Positions 19,076 to 27,488 of a stretch of DNA of 64,000 bases are shown one piece after another (positions within the stretch are counted from its first letter, which is position 1; every line of letters starts with the position of its first letter). This stretch comes from Syntrophorhabdaceae bacterium (GTDB taxonomy: Bacteria > Desulfobacterota > Syntrophorhabdia > Syntrophorhabdales > Syntrophorhabdaceae): the NCBI GenBank assembly GCA_963665295.1, contig OY762209.1, forward strand, positions 3,264,001 to 3,328,000, given 5' to 3'. Position numbers and translations under genes: made by a program. The notes beneath the pieces are model-generated. The model was not told the origin of the DNA. It made no database searches and saw only the letters and a list, made by a program, of their open reading frames with translations.

Positions 19076-20410
19076 CTATAAATCAGGCCGCATACCCACG
19101 CTTAGTTGCAGTTTCACCGTAGCATTGGCCAAATCGGCCAAGGCTTGAAGGTACGTCAGGTAGACATCGTCGGCAGTCCGTTGCGCATTCAGAAGTTCAA
19201 GAAGTGTTGCTGCGCCCATACGATAGCTCTTTCGCATCCCATCAAGCACGTGATCGGCGTCATTCAACACGTGATCCGTATAGCTTTGGACATTCCGGGT
19301 GGCCGCCTGATACTGGACATAAGTCGAGCGTACCTCTGTCTCGGCCTTGAGCATGGTAGAGGACAACTGAAGCCGGGCCTGATTCAATGCCGTTTCCGCC
19401 TGGACCAGTTCACCCCGCTGTAGCCGGGAAAACGGGATGGGGATGGTAAGGGTCAGACCGAGGGCCAAAGAGCGCTCCGCCGGAGAGTTGGCCACGCTGC
19501 CCGCACTGTCGAAAACGGGTGGCACCCTCGGAGTATTTACGAGACCCATGTTAACCGTCGGATCGACCCAGCGGTTTGCGCGTGCGAGCCGAAGACTGTC
19601 GTCCGAGTTTTCCACTGCTGCTTTGGCGACGCGTATATCATTGCGGTTTTCCTGTGCCTGCCTAATCAAACCTTCGAGATCGGTCTTAAGGGGTTCCCGC
19701 TTGAGTGCGGTATCAACAACGCTATCGGGGAAGACCTCATCAAACCGTTTGCCGAGGAGACTCGAAAGATTGACCTCGGCCGTTTTTGCGTCTGCGCTGG
19801 CCGACGTCACGTCGACCGCGAACCGGTCCGTCTCGACCCGGGACTGGCGAAGCTCCAGCATACCGATATCGCCGGCCTTTAACCGAACTTCGTTGGAACG
19901 AACCAGTTCCTGGAATGATTTGAGACTTGATTGCTTGCGTGCTAAGGCCTCCCGGGTCCGGCACGCTTCGACAAACGAGGATGCTGATTGGGCCTCAAGG
20001 TCATGCAAGAAACTCGCGACATTGGCTTCAGTCAGCTTCACATTGCTCTGCGCAGCCCGTATCCGCTTGCTCCGTTTCCCTGCGGTCTCAACGGTAACCG
20101 CGAGCCCCACGGTAGTGGCGGTAGAAGCGCTCGGTTTGTTGGCGGCGCTAAGTTCCTTGGAGGCGATCCCGAATGTCAGTTGCGGGTCCGGGCGTACCCC
20201 TGCTATGGAAATACCCGCTTTGGCGCTCGTCACGTTCTCGCGCTGGCTCGCGAAGTCCAGACTATGCTTTTCCACGGCCGAGAGGTATTCCCGAAAGGTA
20301 ACCTTCCGTGGGACGGATTCGGCAGTCCGCTCTGCCAGCCCTTTTGACGGCCCGAGCAGAAAACATATCATAACACCTATGGCGATACCCCGATATATCA
20401 TGCGTTGCAT
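19076..20410 (-). CDS. TolC-family outer membrane efflux protein (CzcC-like)
   Basis: Signal peptide; ETAGKR..R; Y..G...LLELL.AQR. Confidence 0.9.
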   Translation of the reverse strand: MQRMIYRGIAIGVMICFLLGPSKGLAERTAESVPRKVTFREYLSAVEKHSLDFASQRENVTSAKAGISIAGVRPDPQLTFGIASKELSAANKPSASTATTVGLAVTVETAGKRSKRIRAAQSNVKLTEANVASFLHDLEAQSASSFVEACRTREALARKQSSLKSFQELVRSNEVRLKAGDIGMLELRQSRVETDRFAVDVTSASADAKTAEVNLSSLLGKRFDEVFPDSVVDTALKREPLKTDLEGLIRQAQENRNDIRVAKAAVENSDDSLRLARANRWVDPTVNMGLVNTPRVPPVFDSAGSVANSPAERSLALGLTLTIPIPFSRLQRGELVQAETALNQARLQLSSTMLKAETEVRSTYVQYQAATRNVQSYTDHVLNDADHVLDGMRKSYRMGAATLLELLNAQRTADDVYLTYLQALADLANATVKLQLSVGMRPDL

Positions 20411-20432
20411 TATTTCCTCCTCATTCACAGTC

Positions 20433-23400
20433 TCATATTTGTACTTCACTATCAGTGTCCTGACCCTCCCGCTTCTTTGCGGCATTATCGAGCCACCGCT
20501 CGATCACGTAATAGAGTGCCGGAAGGAGGAGTAGGGTCAGCGCGGTTGCGCTCATTAACCCGCCCACCACGACGGTCGCCAGCGGACGCTGCACGTCGCT
20601 CCCGAGACCGCGGGCCAGGGCAGCAGGGGTGAGCCCCATGGCCGCGACGGCTGCGGTCATGAGTACCGGGCGCATCCGCTCTCTCGCTCCCTTGATCACG
20701 GCGTCTTTGAGCGATACGCCCGCCTCCAGCCTTACGCGGTTCAGGTTTGCAATCATAATGATCGCATTTAGCACCGCAACGCCGAAGAGAGCGATGAACC
20801 CCACCGCGCTTGAGACATTGAGCGTGAGTCCACGCAGATGGAGCGCTATGAAACCCCCCAGCGCCGCCAGGGGCACGGCAAGGAGAATGAGCACCGGCTG
20901 GTGCAGGTTGCGGAATTCCCAGAAAAGGAGCAGGAACATGAGGCCGAGTACCATGGGAACAATGAGCGCCAGGCGGGCCTGAGCGCGCTGCTGGTTCTCG
21001 AACTGACCGCCCCAGGCGATCTGGAACCTGGAATGATCATATTTTACGCCTGAATCGACCTTCGACTTCGCCTCATTGAGGAAACTCGACAGGTCCCGGT
21101 CCCGCACGTTCACCCGTACGGTCAGGTGGCGTTTGGCCATTTCTCGCGTGATGGTGCTTTCGCCGTCGTCGAGACGGATCGTAGCGACCTGCGCCAGCGC
21201 AATGCGTGCGCCGGTTGACGAGGTCAGGACGAGGTTACCGATTGCCTCAGGATCGTTACGGGTCTCACCGGTAAAGCGGACTGCAATGTCATAGTGCCGC
21301 TCTTCAACGAAAAGCTGGGCCACTGGCTTGCCTCCAATGCCCGTGCCCACCAGGTCCGCAATATCAGCCACATTGATGCCGAACCGGGCAGCAACGCCTC
21401 TATCGACTTTGATGCGCACCTGAGGCAGCGGTGGCTGCTGGTCAATGATTACGTCCTGAGCCCCCGGCACGGCCTTGAGCACGTCCTCCACATGGGACGC
21501 GATGCGGCGCGATTCCTTTGAGTCATTGCCGTACACCTTTACCACCAGGTCGCTGTGAGCGCCCGCCACCTTATCGAGAACCATATCCGAGATGGGTTGA
21601 GCAAAGCTCACGTGTACACCGGGCATCCCGGCATAGCGCTGGGACATCCGGTTGATAAGTTCCTGCTTGGTGAGACGCGATTTCCAGGTATTATAGGGAT
21701 GAAGCCCGACCATGGCTTCAATATGCGAGGGCGTCCAGGGGTCCATGCCGTCATCCGTGCGCCCGAGTTGGGTGACGATGAAAGATACTTCTTCAAACTC
21801 TCGTGTTACGCGGCGCAGATCATTAGACATCTCCGCCGCCTTGTCGAGGGAAATACCCGGCGGCAGGGTCACCTGAAGCCAGATGGACCCCTCATCGAGG
21901 TAGGGCAGGAAATCCCGACCGATGGTGAGGCCCAGAGCTATGACCGTGACGAGGGTAGCGAGGAATGCGATGATTGCTGTCCTCGGGCGGTCTATGATGC
22001 GCCGCAGCAGCTTTTCATAGCGTGGAGTCAGCTTTTTGAGGAACGGATTATGAAAGACACGCCGGGGCTTGCGGTAGGCCCGGTAGGTGAGTCCGGGAAT
22101 CAGAGCCAGGGCTACAGCCAGGGCTCCGAGCAGCGCAAACCCCACCGCATAGGCCATGGGTGAGAATAACTTATATTCGATACGCTGCAAGGCGAATAAG
22201 GGCAGGTATGCGGTAATGATGACAAGCATGCCGAAGAAGATCGGACGGGCCACCTCTAGCGAGGCGGTCAGGATGTCCTTGGTGGTGAGAGCCCTGCCCT
22301 CGTCCTCTTCTCTTTTCCGCAGGATGTTTTCAAGGATGACGATGCTCCCGTCAACAAGGATGCCGAAGTCGATGGCTCCGAGAGACAGGAGATTCGCCGG
22401 AATCTTGAAATGGTGCATGAAGATAAATGCCGTGAGGAGAGAAAGCGGGATCGTGAGCGCCACGATGAGCGCGGCGCGCGGGCTGCCCAGGAAAACAAGG
22501 AGCACGAGCGCGACCAGCACCATGCCTTCGAGTAGCGTTTTGCCGACGGTCCTTACCGTGGCGCTTACCAGGTTCGTGCGATCAAGGTATGGGACGACTT
22601 TCACGTCCTTGGGCAGGATGTTTTCATTCAAATCGCGCACCGCCTCATGCACCCTTTCCAGCGTGCGTGACGGGTTTTCGCCTCTCAGCAGTAGCGTGAT
22701 GCCTTCAATGGTGTCCGGGTTCCCGTCCTTGCCGAGAATACCCTTCCGTTGTGGATGACCGAGCTTCACCTCGCCCAGGTCCTTGATGAGTACGGGTACG
22801 CCGCTCTTTTGGGTAACGACGATGTTGCCGAGATCGTCGAGGCCGCTTATGAGGCCCACGCCCCGCACCACAAAACCCTGCTGGCCCCGGTCCATGATGC
22901 TGCCGCCTGCGTTGGCGTTGTTGGCGTTAATCGCCTGGGTAATCTGAGCGAGAGAGATGTTGTACTTGGTCAGCCTGGCGGGGTCGAACTCCAGGAGGAA
23001 CTGTGTGGTGAGGCCGCCGAAGTTGGATACGTCGATCACGCCGGGGACCTTCTTGAGGCGGGGGATCACCTTCCAGAACTGAAGCTCCGACAGCGCCCTG
23101 AGATCGTGGGTCTTCGATTCGAGCGTATAACGGTAGATCTCGCCCACTGCCGAGGTCATCGGGTCAAGGCCCGGTTCGGCGCCATAAGGCAGATTGACGC
23201 CGCCGATACGCTCCCGGAGGCGCTGGCGCGCCCAATAGTCCTCCACCCCGTCCCGGAACACGACCGTAATGAGGGACAGGCCAAAGGTACTATTGGAGCG
23301 CATGACGTGCATGCCCGGTATACCGATTATTTCCCTCTCAAGGGGTATGGTGATCTGCTGCTCCACCTCTTCGGCGGCAAGCCCCGGAACCTGGGTGATC

Positions 23401-23546
23401 ACCTGGGCGCTCGTGTCGGAGATGTCGGGGTAGGCTTCAAGAGGCAACTGGTTCCAACTGTACCAGCCATAAAGCGCAGCGAAGGCGAACACGAGGACCA
23501 CGATGCCGCGCCGGTTGAAACATAAGGTGACAAGACGTTCAATCAT
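20433..23546 (-). CDS. Heavy-metal efflux RND permease (CzcA/CusA family)
   Basis: 1037 aa; LPLEAYPDI, SLGAIDFGILVDG...EN, RMRPVLMTA, QRPLATVVVGG. Confidence 0.95.
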   Translation of the reverse strand: MIERLVTLCFNRRGIVVLVFAFAALYGWYSWNQLPLEAYPDISDTSAQVITQVPGLAAEEVEQQITIPLEREIIGIPGMHVMRSNSTFGLSLITVVFRDGVEDYWARQRLRERIGGVNLPYGAEPGLDPMTSAVGEIYRYTLESKTHDLRALSELQFWKVIPRLKKVPGVIDVSNFGGLTTQFLLEFDPARLTKYNISLAQITQAINANNANAGGSIMDRGQQGFVVRGVGLISGLDDLGNIVVTQKSGVPVLIKDLGEVKLGHPQRKGILGKDGNPDTIEGITLLLRGENPSRTLERVHEAVRDLNENILPKDVKVVPYLDRTNLVSATVRTVGKTLLEGMVLVALVLLVFLGSPRAALIVALTIPLSLLTAFIFMHHFKIPANLLSLGAIDFGILVDGSIVILENILRKREEDEGRALTTKDILTASLEVARPIFFGMLVIITAYLPLFALQRIEYKLFSPMAYAVGFALLGALAVALALIPGLTYRAYRKPRRVFHNPFLKKLTPRYEKLLRRIIDRPRTAIIAFLATLVTVIALGLTIGRDFLPYLDEGSIWLQVTLPPGISLDKAAEMSNDLRRVTREFEEVSFIVTQLGRTDDGMDPWTPSHIEAMVGLHPYNTWKSRLTKQELINRMSQRYAGMPGVHVSFAQPISDMVLDKVAGAHSDLVVKVYGNDSKESRRIASHVEDVLKAVPGAQDVIIDQQPPLPQVRIKVDRGVAARFGINVADIADLVGTGIGGKPVAQLFVEERHYDIAVRFTGETRNDPEAIGNLVLTSSTGARIALAQVATIRLDDGESTITREMAKRHLTVRVNVRDRDLSSFLNEAKSKVDSGVKYDHSRFQIAWGGQFENQQRAQARLALIVPMVLGLMFLLLFWEFRNLHQPVLILLAVPLAALGGFIALHLRGLTLNVSSAVGFIALFGVAVLNAIIMIANLNRVRLEAGVSLKDAVIKGARERMRPVLMTAAVAAMGLTPAALARGLGSDVQRPLATVVVGGLMSATALTLLLLPALYYVIERWLDNAAKKREGQDTDSEVQI

Positions 23547-24672
23547 TGAGAAGCACCCCTTCCTTTACCACGATGCGCTCCTTGGCCTTAAGGCCTGTTA
23601 CGACCTCGACCTTGTCTCCCAACTGAGCGCCGGTCTTGCAGACCCTGGGCTCAAATTTCCAGGGAGACGTTTCGACGAAAATCCGGGTATTGAAGCCGCT
23701 CTGAATAAGAGCGGTCGCGGGAACGACGATGGCGTTGCGGGCCTTGCCGGAAAAAATCACTTTGGCAAACATACCGGGACGGAACCGGCCCGATGAATTG
23801 TCGATGGCGATGCGCACCTTCACGGTGCGGGTATCAGGGTCCAACACTTCTCCCACGTAACGCACCTTTCCCTTGGACGGCTCGCCATCATAGGCATTCA
23901 ATGTGATTTGAACCGTCTGACCCGGAAACATGGACGCAATGTCTTTCTCTTGTACGCTCGCAGCCAGCCAGACATTAGACAGGTCGGCCACCGTCATGAT
24001 CGGAGCATTCATGTCGTTCCAGAAGGCACCCCGGGCTCCAGTGAGCTCGATAACGTGCCCTGCAATAGGCGAGTGTAGGGTATACAAGCGGCCATAGCCG
24101 TGGCCGAGGGATGTGCCGAGTATCGCAAGCCTTGCCTTTGACCGCTCCGCCTCGCTCGCTGCCTGACCATAATCGCTCTCGGCCTGCTCCAGTTCCTTGC
24201 GCGCGGAGATTCCGGCGCTGTTGAGTTCTTTTTGGCGCTCCAGGGTACGCTTTGCCAGATTGAGAGCCGTCTGGGCCTTGGATGCATCGCTATACGCCTG
24301 GGCCAAGTCGGCGGAATCGAGGGTGAATAGAGCTTCTCCCTTCTTCACGGGATCGCCGAGGTGCTTGTAAAGCTGCACGATTCTTCCTGCCACCGGAGGC
24401 GCCACTTTTAGCAGTTTGGCCGGGTCCGCTTCCACCACACCCGGCACCATGATGGGCGGTTCGACCGATTGCAGATCGACCGCCGCAACCTGAAGCGATT
24501 TGCGGAGCGGCGACGCATCCGGAATGCGCACACAGCCCTCCTCGCGCACCAAGGGGGTCGTGTTCGCAGCCTCGGCCTTGGCTTTCGATGTCTCCGCTGA
24601 ACTATTGCACCCGGCTATGAGGGCGACCGAGAATACAAGAATAATCCACGCTTTATGGGACGACTGGTTCAT
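23539..24672 (-). CDS. RND periplasmic adaptor subunit (CzcB-like)
   Basis: Lipobox IAGC; V.DLS.VW; LDPDTRTVKVR; RPGMFA. Confidence 0.93.
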   Translation of the reverse strand: MNQSSHKAWIILVFSVALIAGCNSSAETSKAKAEAANTTPLVREEGCVRIPDASPLRKSLQVAAVDLQSVEPPIMVPGVVEADPAKLLKVAPPVAGRIVQLYKHLGDPVKKGEALFTLDSADLAQAYSDASKAQTALNLAKRTLERQKELNSAGISARKELEQAESDYGQAASEAERSKARLAILGTSLGHGYGRLYTLHSPIAGHVIELTGARGAFWNDMNAPIMTVADLSNVWLAASVQEKDIASMFPGQTVQITLNAYDGEPSKGKVRYVGEVLDPDTRTVKVRIAIDNSSGRFRPGMFAKVIFSGKARNAIVVPATALIQSGFNTRIFVETSPWKFEPRVCKTGAQLGDKVEVVTGLKAKERIVVKEGVLLND

Positions 24673-24788
24673 GTTGCTTCTCCTTTATAGTGTTCTTCTG
24701 AAATCTCCACTTCTGGAGGCAATGGTCTGAATCTCCGGTCTCTTACGAGCCCCGGAATTCTCGCGATAGTGACGTGTTTAAAAGGAAA

Positions 24789-25076
24789 CTACGGAAGAGG
24801 AGGCCCTCTGTACGAGAGACCTGAGGAAATGGCTGAACCATTAAAAGGCGATATCTCCTCGCCCAGGGACAGATATTCCTTCCTGAGATCGATTTCAGGA
24901 GTAACAGGCGTCTCGCTGACAGCCGAAGATAATGAGTTGTTCATGAAGCAGATTGCGCATGTCTTGCTGGGAGTGGCCCGATCGTAGTCAAACGCAACGG
25001 CAAACACGGAGCATAAGAGATATACAGCGAATAATAAGGAGAATAACCTCTTATATTCAGAGTTCATTTTAAACAT
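24789..25076 (-). CDS. DUF2946-like leader peptide (TM, CxxC, C-terminal RGPP)
   Basis: ...LFSLLFAVYLLCSVFAVAF...TCAICF...YRGPPLP; upstream of czcB-like gene. Confidence 0.7.
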   Translation of the reverse strand: MFKMNSEYKRLFSLLFAVYLLCSVFAVAFDYDRATPSKTCAICFMNNSLSSAVSETPVTPEIDLRKEYLSLGEEISPFNGSAISSGLSYRGPPLP

Positions 25077-25103
25077 TACTTCTTGTGCTCCCTAGTCTAT
25101 GTT

Positions 25104-25120
25104 ATGAGACTTTGTCTCAA
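25104..25120. promoter_or_regulatory. Palindromic operator 1 (7-3-7), candidate site for the adjacent Fur-family regulator
   Basis: ATGAGAC-TTT-GTCTCAA. Confidence 0.7.
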
Positions 25121-25175
25121 TTGAAATATAAATTATCCTTGGTGCCATGCGCTTGTCAAGAGAAAATGTGCGTTT

Positions 25176-25192
25176 ATGAGACATTGTCTCAT
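25176..25192. promoter_or_regulatory. Palindromic operator 2 (7-3-7)
   Basis: ATGAGAC-ATT-GTCTCAT. Confidence 0.7.
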
Positions 25193-25261
25193 TATTGTTG
25201 AAAAGTAATGTCATTAGCTATACAATAAGTGAAACCCTTTTGCATTATTGAGGAGGTTTGG

Positions 25262-25687
25262 ATGAAAAGGAAGAACTTGCAAGAGATGCCCGCTATCGAG
25301 GGCCGGAGGCGGACCTTGGTGAGACAGGAAATATTGACCGCAATAAATGCAATGGAGGGCCACTTCGACCCTCAGATGCTTTACGACCGGCTTAAATCCG
25401 AAGGGTCGAAGGTTTCGCGGGCATCCGTTTACCGGACCATTCCCATTCTTGTGGAGGGCGGTATCATCAATGAGGTAGAGAAGACGGAAAAGCACGCTCA
25501 TTATGAGAAAGTGACCGAAAACAAGCACCATGATCACCTCATATGCCTCCGTTGCGGCGGGACCATTGAGTTCTATTCCCCCACCCTTGAGATGCTTCAG
25601 GATGAGATATGCCAGAAAGAGTGTTTCCGGCGAGTACGCCACAGCTTGGAAATCCTAGGTCTCTGCCGGGAATGCACGGAAAAATAG
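25262..25687 (+). CDS. Fur-family transcriptional regulator
   Basis: VSRASVYRT, HHDHLICLRCG, GLCREC; RBS GAGGAGG. Confidence 0.93.
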   Translation: MKRKNLQEMPAIEGRRRTLVRQEILTAINAMEGHFDPQMLYDRLKSEGSKVSRASVYRTIPILVEGGIINEVEKTEKHAHYEKVTENKHHDHLICLRCGGTIEFYSPTLEMLQDEICQKECFRRVRHSLEILGLCRECTEK

Positions 25688-25699
25688 TCATAGAGGGGA

Positions 25700-25975
25700 G
25701 TGTTGGACTCAACAAGGCTATTGCGAAAAATGCCTTGAAGGATTACCCCGGCGAGGCTCAGCGCCCCACCCACTGCGAACCTGAGAATCAGTCTGGGCAG
25801 GCGGATATCAACGGGGACGCTGTAGGCCGCGCTGCCTTGGCCATTGAGCAGGAGAGGGATAATCTGGCCCGGAGGAATGGCTGTGGCTCCCGTGGAAAGG
25901 GAGAGAAGAGACACTCCGATAAGGATGAGAAGAAGAAAGAGAATTATGTCAATCCATCTGGTGCCCTTGAGCGAA
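25700..25975 (-). pseudogene. FecCD/BtuC-type permease, 5' fragment
   Basis: DIRLPRL...AVGGALSLAGVILQGIFRN(S)LVE, then similarity is lost. Confidence 0.85.
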
Positions 25976-25980
25976 AGAAC

Positions 25981-26010
25981 TTGACACAACTTCTCTTCCT
26001 GAAGTATTTT
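25981..26010 (+). promoter_or_regulatory. Putative sigma-70 promoter for the riboswitch-tonB transcript
   Basis: TTGACA-18-TATTTT just upstream of the riboswitch. Confidence 0.5.
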
Positions 26011-26021
26011 AGACCAACAGT

Positions 26022-26184
26022 ATGCGAGATGCCGTTCAGGCCATAAAAGGGAAGACGGTGTGAAACCGTCACGGACCCGCCGCCGTAACCGGGGATGAAA
26101 GCCGCGATGAAGCCACTGTTTCGCTCAAGCGAGACGGGAAGGTGCGGCGAGTAAGTTGATCCGGAAGTCGGAAGACCTTCTCGC
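26022..26184 (+). ncRNA. Cobalamin riboswitch 1
   Basis: AAAAGGGAA.ACGGTGTGAAACCGT..CGG.CCCGCCGCCGTAA; GCCACTG...GGGAAGG; B12 box AGTCGGAAGACC. Confidence 0.9.
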
Positions 26185-26252
26185 GAACCATATATGATTT
26201 ACCCTCCGTGGTACGAGGGGAACCACTTTATGCATCGAGGATGAAAAACGGC

Positions 26253-26291
26253 ATCCCCGGACCTGACAAGCTCAGGTTCGGGGATTTTTTT
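26253..26291 (+). terminator. Intrinsic terminator, expression platform of riboswitch 1
   Basis: ATCCCCGGACCTGA-caagc-TCAGGTTCGGGGAT-TTTTTT. Confidence 0.8.
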
Positions 26292-26347
26292 GTGATCCGA
26301 CGGGGAGAGTAACGACATGGTCTATCGAAAGACATAGAGGTTTATTA

Positions 26348-27166
26348 ATGATATGGGCAGCGGTGAGGGGTTCTATTGTGTTTGTTGAACGTCAATGGAT
26401 CAGATATGTGGCAGGATCGGTCCTGTTCCATGCAGTAATACTCTTGATCCCCCTACATACCGAAAAGACTCGCAGGATTGACGCGATCGAGGTAGTCATG
26501 ACGGATGAAAGCCCTTTCGTCAAGAGCGGGCGGCAGGGAGGGTCGCCGGGAAGATCAGGGCGGCATGGAAGTACCGCGAATACGAGTCGCCCCGAAAGTG
26601 CTATCGGTTCCGGTTCGAAGGCCATGCCGGTGAAGGCAAAGGATGAGTCTTCTCCGACTCCGGTGTCGAGTGTCTCCCACAATGAGACCCTTGCCGGGAA
26701 TGAAGGTCAAAGGACAGCCAAGTCATCCGAAGACGGGGTAGCCGTTGCAGCCAAAGGATCTGGCGGTTCAGGGGGAGGCGATGGAACGGTTCACGGGGAC
26801 GCACAGGGAAAAGGCGGAAGGGGCTCCGGTACAGGGGGAGGAGGCCTCGGAGGCGGATATGGTCCTGGCATCGGGGAAGCCGGATTCAATAGCCCCGCCG
26901 GGCCTCGATTCTTACACCGTGAAATCCCCGAATATCCCCTTTTGGCAAGGAGGCGCAAGAAAGAAGGCAAAGTGGTGCTGATGGTGACTATCGATGAGCA
27001 TGGCAGGCTCGTGGACGTTGAGGTGGTCGAGGCCTCGCATCCATTGTTCGTGGAGCCCTCGATAGAGGCGGTGAAGAAGTCCACGTTTCTCCCTGCCACG
27101 CGGAATGGCACACCAATAGCGGTCAGGGCCATGTTGCCCATACGGTTCAGCCTGAGGGATTCATAA
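26348..27166 (+). CDS. tonB: TonB-family energy transducer
   Basis: N-terminal TM with S..FH; Gly/Ser-rich linker; PEYPLLARR...EGKV...F.PA.RNG. Confidence 0.88.
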   Translation: MIWAAVRGSIVFVERQWIRYVAGSVLFHAVILLIPLHTEKTRRIDAIEVVMTDESPFVKSGRQGGSPGRSGRHGSTANTSRPESAIGSGSKAMPVKAKDESSPTPVSSVSHNETLAGNEGQRTAKSSEDGVAVAAKGSGGSGGGDGTVHGDAQGKGGRGSGTGGGGLGGGYGPGIGEAGFNSPAGPRFLHREIPEYPLLARRRKKEGKVVLMVTIDEHGRLVDVEVVEASHPLFVEPSIEAVKKSTFLPATRNGTPIAVRAMLPIRFSLRDS

Positions 27167-27271
27167 TGCCTTACCGGAGGAGAGCTGGCGCGGGTATTTG
27201 ACAGCGGTCTGGAACAGGAAAGGAGGTGATGGAGGGTAAGACAAACATAGATACGTAGTGAGCAGACACAT

Positions 27272-27447
27272 ATGTGCGACATCATGAATGGAAGTGAGGG
27301 AAGAGGAGTGAAAAGCTCCCGCTGCCCCGCAGCCGTGAAGGGAACGAAAGCCCATGTGGTAAGCCACTGTCCCGCAAAATGCGGGATGGGAAGGCGGGTG
27401 AGTAGGCCACAGCAACGACAAATGCCCGTAAGCCGGAAGACCTGTCT
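27272..27447 (+). ncRNA. Cobalamin riboswitch 2
   Basis: AGGGAAGAGGAGTGAAAAGCTCCCGCTGCCCCGCAGCCGTGAA; GCCACTG...GGGAAGG; AGCCGGAAGACCTG. Confidence 0.9.
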
Positions 27448-27488
27448 CATTCATGAGAAAATCCAAATCATTTCCCGAGGGAGGAAAG

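Noticed and set aside
25698..25709. 12-bp match (GAGTGTTGGACT) to tRNA-Arg at the btuC break point as a possible att site
   Set aside because: Inverted relative to the tRNA, matches the D/anticodon arm rather than the 3' end, is explicable as permease codons, and a 12-mer match is plausible by chance.
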